A DNA stretch of 64,000 bases from Peribolospora baueri (lineage: Eukaryota), in contig JAMDHS010000060.1 of the NCBI GenBank assembly GCA_029717555.1, positions 62,001 through 126,000 on the forward strand, written 5' to 3'. Both the position numbers and the translations under genes were made by a program. Below, piece by piece: positions 56,801 through 64,000 of this stretch (its first letter is position 1; each line of letters begins with the position of its first letter). The notes beneath the pieces are model-generated. The model made no database searches, was not told where the DNA came from, and saw only the letters and a list, made by a program, of their open reading frames with translations.

Positions 56801-58803
56801 CGAGTTCCTTCCGGAGGACGTCAAGAAAGAGGGACGCTCCTGGCGAAAGGGCACGGATACCATGGACGTCTGGTTCGACAGCGGCGTGTCCTGGGCGCAT
56901 ATCCGCGACCTCCGGCTCCGTTCACACGCCGACGAAGTGGCCGACGTCTACTTGGAGGGCAGCGACCAGCACCGCGGCTGGTTCCAGTCCTCCCTTCTCA
57001 CCTCACTCTCCACAACGGGCAGAGCGCCTTGCCGCCACATCATCACGCACGGCTTCGCTCTCGACTCCAAAGGCAACAAGATGAGCAAGTCGCTCGGTAA
57101 CGTCGTCAGCCCTTTCACGGTCACCGATGGCGGCAAGGACCTGAGCAAGGAGCCGGCCTACGGAGCAGACGTCCTTCGACTGTGGGCGGCCGCCGTGGAG
57201 TACAAGAGGGACGTTCCCGTCGGGACGGAGATCATGAGACGCGTCTTTGACAAGATGAAGAAACTCCGCAACACCGCTCGCTTCATCCTCGGAAACGTGC
57301 CCGCCGACCAGTCCTTCCGTCCAGTGTCCAAGGCGGAAATGAGTCTCGTGAGCGGCGATGCGAGAAAGAGGGCGAGTGCGCTGCGCCGCCTGCCCCGACG
57401 CTTATCCTCGCTCTTTCCCCATTCGCCCGTCCTGTCCAGATCGAACGATATGTCATGAACGAGGTCTACCATTTGGAGCGGACCGCTCGGGATGCGTATG
57501 ACGCCGTGGAGTTTAACAAAGGTAAACGCCGACTTACCTCGCTTCTCAACCCGAATTGGCACGCTCAAATCTTTGCGCCGTCTTTGTCGTTCGTGAAACA
57601 GTGGTGGACGCCGTCACCAACTTTAGCAACGTGACTATCTCTGCATTTTATTTCGACATCACCAAGGACTGCCTGTACACGAACGCGGAGGACAGTCTGG
57701 AACGGCGGGCCGTGCTCACAGTGCTTCGGGAGGTGAGCTAGGCAGCAGACCAGGGCGCTTGCCCGCTGGGAGGTCGCAGCCGTCGTGCCGAACTTCATGC
57801 TGTCTGTTCTTCGCTTTCCCTAGGTCTTTCGAGTCTATGTGTCCATCCTCGCTCCGATCGCCCCGCACCTGGCAGAGGAAATCCATCACTTTGCGTCCGG
57901 CGCTATCCAGGACCCTGCGGAGGGACAGGAGGCTGTGTCGCCGACGTCCGTCTTTAGGGCAGGGTGGCAGCATGTCGTGAGTTCCTTTGCTGGACTTTGC
58001 ACGCGCTTTGATGAGTTTGCCTCACCGGAACTGCTCCTTCCGCTCACGTCTCCTATCACGCCAGGCCGAGGAGTGGAGGGACGACGGGGTGAAGGCGGAG
58101 ATGGAAGCTTTGATCCGTGTCCGGGACCGAGTGCTGGCTCTGCTCGAGCGAGCCAGAAAGGCCAAGTGAGCCCTGCGTCCATCCGTCGTCGTGTTTCGTT
58201 AGCGCTTCTCCAGCTGACCATTCTCGGACGGGTGGCTGTGACAGGGATCTGAAATCGTCCTTGGAGGCCGAGGTCGACGTTCGATTGTCGTCCCCGCCCG
58301 CCAGCGATATGGCTGCGTCGCTGCGAAGACATGGTGAGCGCGCCGTGCCGCCCGTCTTCGCCCTCGCACGAACGCCCCAAGAGGGCCCGGCCCGGCTGAC
58401 TGTGACCTTCTTGCGCCGTGTCGTGTCGCGTCGTTCGTGTCACCCACAGCGGACGTCCTTAGGACTCTATTCATCGTCTCCGACGTGCATCTCGTCGACG
58501 ACCCGATCGCCTTCGCCGCGGGCCCCTCACCGCCGTGGTCGTATGCTGACGAAGTGGACGGTGAGACACTTATTCCCGCAAAGTCTTGTCTGTGCGTGTG
58601 TTCGCTCGCTCATCGCCCATCCTCCCCTCTCTCGCCCACCCCTCCCTCTCCACCCCACCCTTCCCTTCCCGTCAGGCATCGCCCTATGCGTCCGGCCGGC
58701 AAGAAGAGAAAAGTGCCCGCGGTGCTGGACGTTTACGCGCGAGCACCACGAGCGGGTGTGCGCCAGATGCGAGGGCGTGCTTCAGGCCGGGTCCGCGCGA
58801 TGA
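53840..58803 (+). CDS. ISM1: Mitochondrial isoleucyl-tRNA synthetase (bacterial-type IleRS), many introns
   Basis: Arg/Ser-rich presequence, [26 protein letters not shown] (HIGH motif), [64 protein letters not shown] and C-terminal CPRCW..CARC. Confidence 0.96.
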
Positions 58804-58906
58804 CGTGGCGACGACCGTCATCGTCATTGCCATTCGCCTTTCGCTTTTCGCCGCCCCGCCGGCGTTTTCAGGAATGCAAGGCTTCCGCGGAGAAGGGTTC
58901 TGCTGG

Positions 58907-58930
58907 TGTGTGTGTGTGTGTGTGTGTGTG
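58907..58930. repeat. (TG)12 microsatellite between convergent IleRS and ABD1
   Basis: Perfect dinucleotide run. Confidence 0.9.
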
Positions 58931-59155
58931 CGTAAAAGAAGGCGCGAATGATGATGGATAAGAGGAAGCAGGACAGGTACGGAAGACTAGAGTACAACGA
59001 CGACGACGACGGAGGACAACAAACAACAGAGACGGGTTCTGCAGGAACATGGGAGAGGAACGGGAAAAGTGAAAGAGACAGAAGCTGAAAGATGGAGGGG
59101 AGGGACATGGACATTGGGGGGGTTGGGACGCGCGCGGCGATCGAGCGAGCGAGCA

Positions 59156-61536
59156 CTACCGCTTCTCGAATGCAAATCCGATGTAAATGTCTGGGAGGTG
59201 AAGGGGAACGAAGAGAGTGGAAAAGCGGTTCAGAAGAGGATTCACGAGCTGCTCGGACGGATCGACGACTCACTAGCCGCTTCCCACTGCTCCTCGGTCA
59301 TCTGGCTTGTCCCATCCGGCAGGACGACCTTCATGCGCTCCAACAGGGGGCCGAAGTCGGGAGTGTACCTCTCTTCCGCAAAGATCTCGTGGAACTCTTT
59401 GCGATAGATGAGGTGCAGGCCGTACTCGAGCGCGAGGCTGTGCGGCGGGGGCGGATCACGGGTTAGTTAGGTCAGATGGACGGAAAAGGCGTGGAACTGG
59501 GCCCGGCTGGCTGATGGGCATCCCTCCACTCACTCTTCAAATACGCTCCACTGCACCACAAACTCGGGCACATCCTCCACAGCGTCCTGCAGGAAAAAGT
59601 TGTACCGGTGACCAAAGGCCGGGAATTTGGCTTTGGTGTCAAAGGAGATGCGGTAGACCGAGTTGCCGTACGAGAGCTCGTCGGCCGGGAGGGAACGTAA
59701 TCGAGATCTGAAGGATGGAAAGGAGGGAGCAGGGAATAGGAAGCGCGAGTGAGAAATGACCGGCAAAGTCGCGCGCAGCCTTGGATCGTCCGGAGCGCCC
59801 ACTCACAACATGGTGTCCGCGTTGGGGATCGTGCCGAGGAAGACACCGCCCGGGCGCAAATGTCTCGACACGTTCTCGAGCATCATGCGCACCTTGGACG
59901 CGCTCTCGAAGGCATAATGCATGCAGAACTGCATCGATACGTTATCGAAACCGGGTTGGAGAATCTCGGACGCGATGACCGAGGAGATGGGGTTCTGGAG
60001 GGAGCAGGGAAAAGCAAGGGAGCGATTGAGCTGAGCCAGTCATCGCGCGAGGGGATGAACAAAGCCATCGTCGCCGCCTCACCGAATAGCAGTCGAGGGC
60101 GCGGAAACGGGCTCGAAACTTGGGTGTCCGCATCTGCTGGTATCGTGATTCGGCCTGCTGGACGGACACCTCGGCCAGATCTGCTCGGCGCGCGGGATAG
60201 CGGGATCAGCACGACCGTTCGGGCGACTCTTTGACGCACGACGGACTCACCGATGCCAATATATTCGTCGATCTGCGCCTTGGACCACTTCATGAGATCG
60301 CCGCCCTTGCCGCACCCAATGTCCAACACCCGTCCTCCTACCGGCCTGCCTGCCGCCCACGAATGTCTCCTGTCCGGCGGCGGCGGCCCAGGCGCTCCAT
60401 CGCGCCGGCCAAGACCGTTCTCCTCGCCCGCCGCTCCTTTGCCGGCGTGCCAGTCGAGATGGCGCGCAAACTTGCCGATGAGGACGGATTTGATCCAGTT
60501 GTTGAAGTTTTTCAAGCCAATGATCGGAGAGTCGAAGCGCCTCTGCAGGCCCACTTCGGGCCGCAGGTTGTCTGACGGCCGACCGCGCGCGCGGGTCATC
60601 AGCATCGGCAAGCGGGAGAGAACGGGCGGGACGGGAAGGCAGGAAAAGGGACTCACAATGATCGGCCACGACGTCGCCGGTAAACGCGCCGTTGACCCTG
60701 CGCTTCTGCCGCCTGCCATCGTCCGCAGAAACCAAGCCGTCCCACTTTTCCTCCTCCTCCACCGCCCTCTTGCCCAATGTCGTCGGCGACGGCTGACCCG
60801 CCGCCGAGCGCTCCTGCGAGCCAAGCGACCTCGTCGGCGACGTCGCCGCCGCCGCCGCCGTCGCCCCCGCGCGATCCTTGCCCGGCGTCGACGTGCGAAG
60901 AGGATTGGAGACGGAGGCCTGCAATCGCGCGAGTTCGTCTGGCTGGATGGGGACCATGACCGACCTCGCCGGCGTCACTCGGCGCGGACGATAGAAGGCG
61001 ACGGGCTTGGACGCCGACGGCGGCGGCTGTCGCTCCGCCGTACCGTCCCGGGCGAGGGTGGAAGGGCTGGAAGAGACGGTGGAGGCGGACATGGTCCGGC
61101 TTCGGCGATCTGCGGCGACGGCCTGGCGCGCCTCGCCGCCAGGACCGTTGAGGACGTCGGCGATGGTGGAGATGGAAGCCCTGCTGTGCCTGCTGGACAG
61201 CCTTCCCTCTTGCGCGTCCCGGGCGGACGTCGTGCTGTGACCAGACGGCGCCCTCGCATCTCGAGCCACGGCCGCGGGAGGAAAAGGATCTCGAAAGGCG
61301 GCGACGGGCGATCGAAGCGGGTCGATATCCTTGGCGTTGAGGATGTCCGACAGGGCGAACGAGCCGCTGCGTCGGGAAGAAGGCGGCGGAGAAGGCGACT
61401 TGGAGCCAGATGCGCGGGGTGGATCGGGGTCAGGTCCGGGGCCAGGGCCAGGGTCCGCCGAGGGGCCGCCGCTCTCATCAGCGAACGGTCTCGTCGGCGA
61501 CTCGACGACGGCGTCGCGAACGGGGTCGTAGGGCAT
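59156..61536 (-). CDS. ABD1: mRNA cap guanine-N7 methyltransferase (Abd1/RNMT) with a long low-complexity N-terminus, multi-exon
   Basis: MPYDPVRD start, VVADH|..[74 protein letters not shown] and last exon [10 protein letters not shown]. Confidence 0.95.
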
Positions 61537-63126
61537 ATCGCGCCAACGCGTCCGTCCGTGCGTCCGTGATGGTTCGGATGGTGGCGCTGTGCCTAGTGCT
61601 GGCCGACGGGCGTCGACGTGGCCGGCGAAGGCATCCGACGAGCGAGGCTGGCGAGAGGGCGGCGAGAGAGCGATGAGGAGGAGGAGGTGAGATATGAGGC
61701 GAGGGTGAGATAGATAGATGACAGCCAAGATGAAAACGGCGATGGAATGAATGTCCACCGCGCGTGAAGTTGCTGCGGCGACTCTGGAGCGACGGCGACG
61801 GGACGGGTACCGACCAGCTTGCTTCTAGCTCATGGCGCTCGAGACGCTAGCGATGCGACGCGACGAGCGGAAGACTACCAAGGGAGACAGACGTACAAAG
61901 GAGCCGGCCCAACGACGACGGACGGCGAGCGGCAGGGCTTGGACGAACGAATGCGTCTGCACGCACGGACGGTTTCCCCGCCAGCGTTCAAGGCGTCACC
62001 CTTCTACCCGGCGGCAATGCGCGGCAATACGCGGTGAGTAGTGGCGACAAAGACGAAAACGAAAAGGCCGAAAAGGACTACCCGCTGACTGGATTGCACC
62101 ATCGACCCTGGTAGGAGTGCTGCGCTGATAGGAACGCTGCGCTCCCCTGAGCGCAGCGCGTGGCTGCGAGAAAGCAGGTTCTCCGTCGCCAGCTAGGAGC
62201 GACGCTGCGGAGCAAGTGCTGATCAAAGGGCCCCCTGAACGGTTATTGCGTTTCGCGATGCCGTCGACTCCACCCGGAGTACCCAGTCAGTTCCACCCGC
62301 GATAACAACAACAATCGCTGCGACCGAGAAGGCACGGACCCACCGACGTTCCATTCTCGGACCCGAGGACGAGCGTGCCAAATAACTTACCAGGACACCT
62401 GGTGTGCCGTTTAACAAGGAGCGGGAGAGGAGGAATTGCCCTCCCTCCCAACGTCGCCCTTGACTCCTTGGACTCTCATCCATTACCCAGTCGCTGCGGT
62501 GATTTCCCTTCACCGCCATTCGTCAGCTTCTTCTCCGTCTTGCCTATGAAACTAGGTACCCTTGGCTTTTTCCTCTCCATCTTTCCAACTCCGACCGCTT
62601 ACTGGCCTTTTGCGTTCCTTTACCCATGCTATGCACTGCGATCTCCCAGCTCGACTCCTTTGTAGCGCACAGGTATATTTCTATTACATGAGCCAGCTCA
62701 AAGACTCTCTAATCCTCCGTTTATCAGGCGTCCAGTCCTCCGTTTATTAGGCGTCCTACTCCTCTTTCTTATCGACATGGTCGACTCGTATGTGTTATGC
62801 TCACCGGATATTCAATTTCGTGCGCAAGCCTAGGGGTGCAATGTGAGAGTGATCAAATGATGATGGTCTCGGGCAAGATCTCTCCCTGATTGGGCATACG
62901 AGTATCCTTTCGTCGTGTCCTGACTCGCGGCTGTCCCTCTGGTTTCGCAGATTGACCATAACGATTCTCGCTATCTGCATCATGCAATTCGTAGGTGGGT
63001 GGGGTGTCCATAACCCGAGCGAGGAGGGCGGCGACCTCGGGCACGAGCTTCGTGACATTCATACCTTCAACACAGCTTCCAGCTGCGCTATCTTGCGTAT
63101 CACCATCCTCATCCTAATCCTAATCC

Positions 63127-63972
63127 TCAAAGGTCGAAATTAGATTCTATAAACTTGGAGATTCCCTCTTCGTCCTCATTGAGTGCCATATGTATGCAAT
63201 CTTCAATCTTGGCTATGGTGGGAAACTTGGCCCGCCAAGCGTCGCTGTACACCAAGTAATGCAGAGGTTCGTTCATGTAGGCGTAATAGTCTTCGTGCGG
63301 TAGAATCCCGCGTATTCCCAGTCCAACAAAGCCGTCACTTTGCCGTCCTTGGCAAGGATGTTGCACGCCGGAAAAATCGCCGTGGCACAGAACGATGTCG
63401 CATGGCTCGATCTGAATGGCGCCCGATTCCAAATGACGAATGAGCCGGTCCAACGGTTCGACGTGCGGCCTTTCAATGACCCCAAGACGCCGGATGAGGT
63501 ACTCCACAACCGATCCACACGGCTCGACAGGGGGACGAACGCCCAGGCATGTGACCCGCGGGTGCGTCAGCTTCTGCTCCGGACCAAAGCCTCGAATCAC
63601 GTCGCTTTTGAACGAGCGCAGCTGCTCCCGAAAGGCTAGTATTTGGGCGACGAGGTTGTCGTCAATCACGGCGTCGTCATCATCCGGGAGCGGAGTTCCC
63701 TCCATCTTCTCCAGGTACATGAATTCGTAGCGCCCACCGACCATTCCAAGGCGATATACCTCTGGCACTGGAATGGTCGTATTTTCCTTGATGAATCGTA
63801 CCGCTCCCGCGTAGTTTTTGTGAGCCTCTAAGTCAAGGTGGGCCTTGCCGTCTTCGACGACGTCCTGCACGCGTAAAACCTGACCGCCGACCACAGAAGC
63901 GGCCCTTGCACAGTAATTCAAGTAAACCTCGTCGCCCGGGCTCAGCTCGGCTGGCCAGCTGCCGCCCTCCAT
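63127..63972 (-). pseudogene. APH/choline-kinase-like phosphotransferase with two compensating frameshifts across the catalytic motifs (or an intact gene with two assembly indels)
   Basis: AVRFIKENTTIPVPEVY..MYLEKMEGTPL..IVLCHGDF in the main frame. The expected NILAKDGKVTALLDWEYAGFY lies in the shifted frame between about 63370 and 63300, after which the main frame resumes. Confidence 0.75.
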
Positions 63973-64000
63973 TGCAGTTTCCGGCTGCCGTGGAGAGAAA

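Noticed and set aside
60253..61569. 438-aa + strand ORF
   Set aside because: Arg/Gly-rich antisense shadow of ABD1.
62200..63120. AT-richer spacer as a transposon or LTR remnant
   Set aside because: No terminal repeats, target-site duplication, or transposase/RT motifs are visible.

Overview
This is eukaryotic, intron-rich, GC-rich fungal DNA, most likely from a basidiomycete (GTGAGY donors, CTGAC branch points, many micro-exons); I cannot name the species. From 1 to 28.4 kb is a compact housekeeping block. It opens with four head-to-head gene pairs (SacI phosphatase/parvulin, MGR2/calcipressin, RRP42/MZM1, SLT11/NMT1), followed by a Yox1-like homeodomain gene, MSH3, class II aldolase FBA1 and an amino-acid permease. 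From 28.7 to 31.0 kb is a decaying island with two divergent pseudogenes (F-box-like and CoA-Nudix) and a CpG-deamination-like signature. Next come ARP10, a Zn2Cys6 factor, SRV2/CAP, an Ecl1-like gene set in microsatellite-dense spacers, ECO1, mitochondrial IleRS and the cap methyltransferase ABD1. At the right edge is an APH-family kinase whose catalytic motifs are moved out of frame by two compensating indels. I found no rRNA, tRNA, CRISPR or intact transposon, and no convincing new multi-gene system. The best leads are the decaying island, the hidden-frame kinase, MCB-like elements at Yox1-like/MSH3/ECO1, 6-13 nt micro-exons and an orphan ORF. CDS coordinates span start to stop including introns, and all splice sites were inferred by eye.
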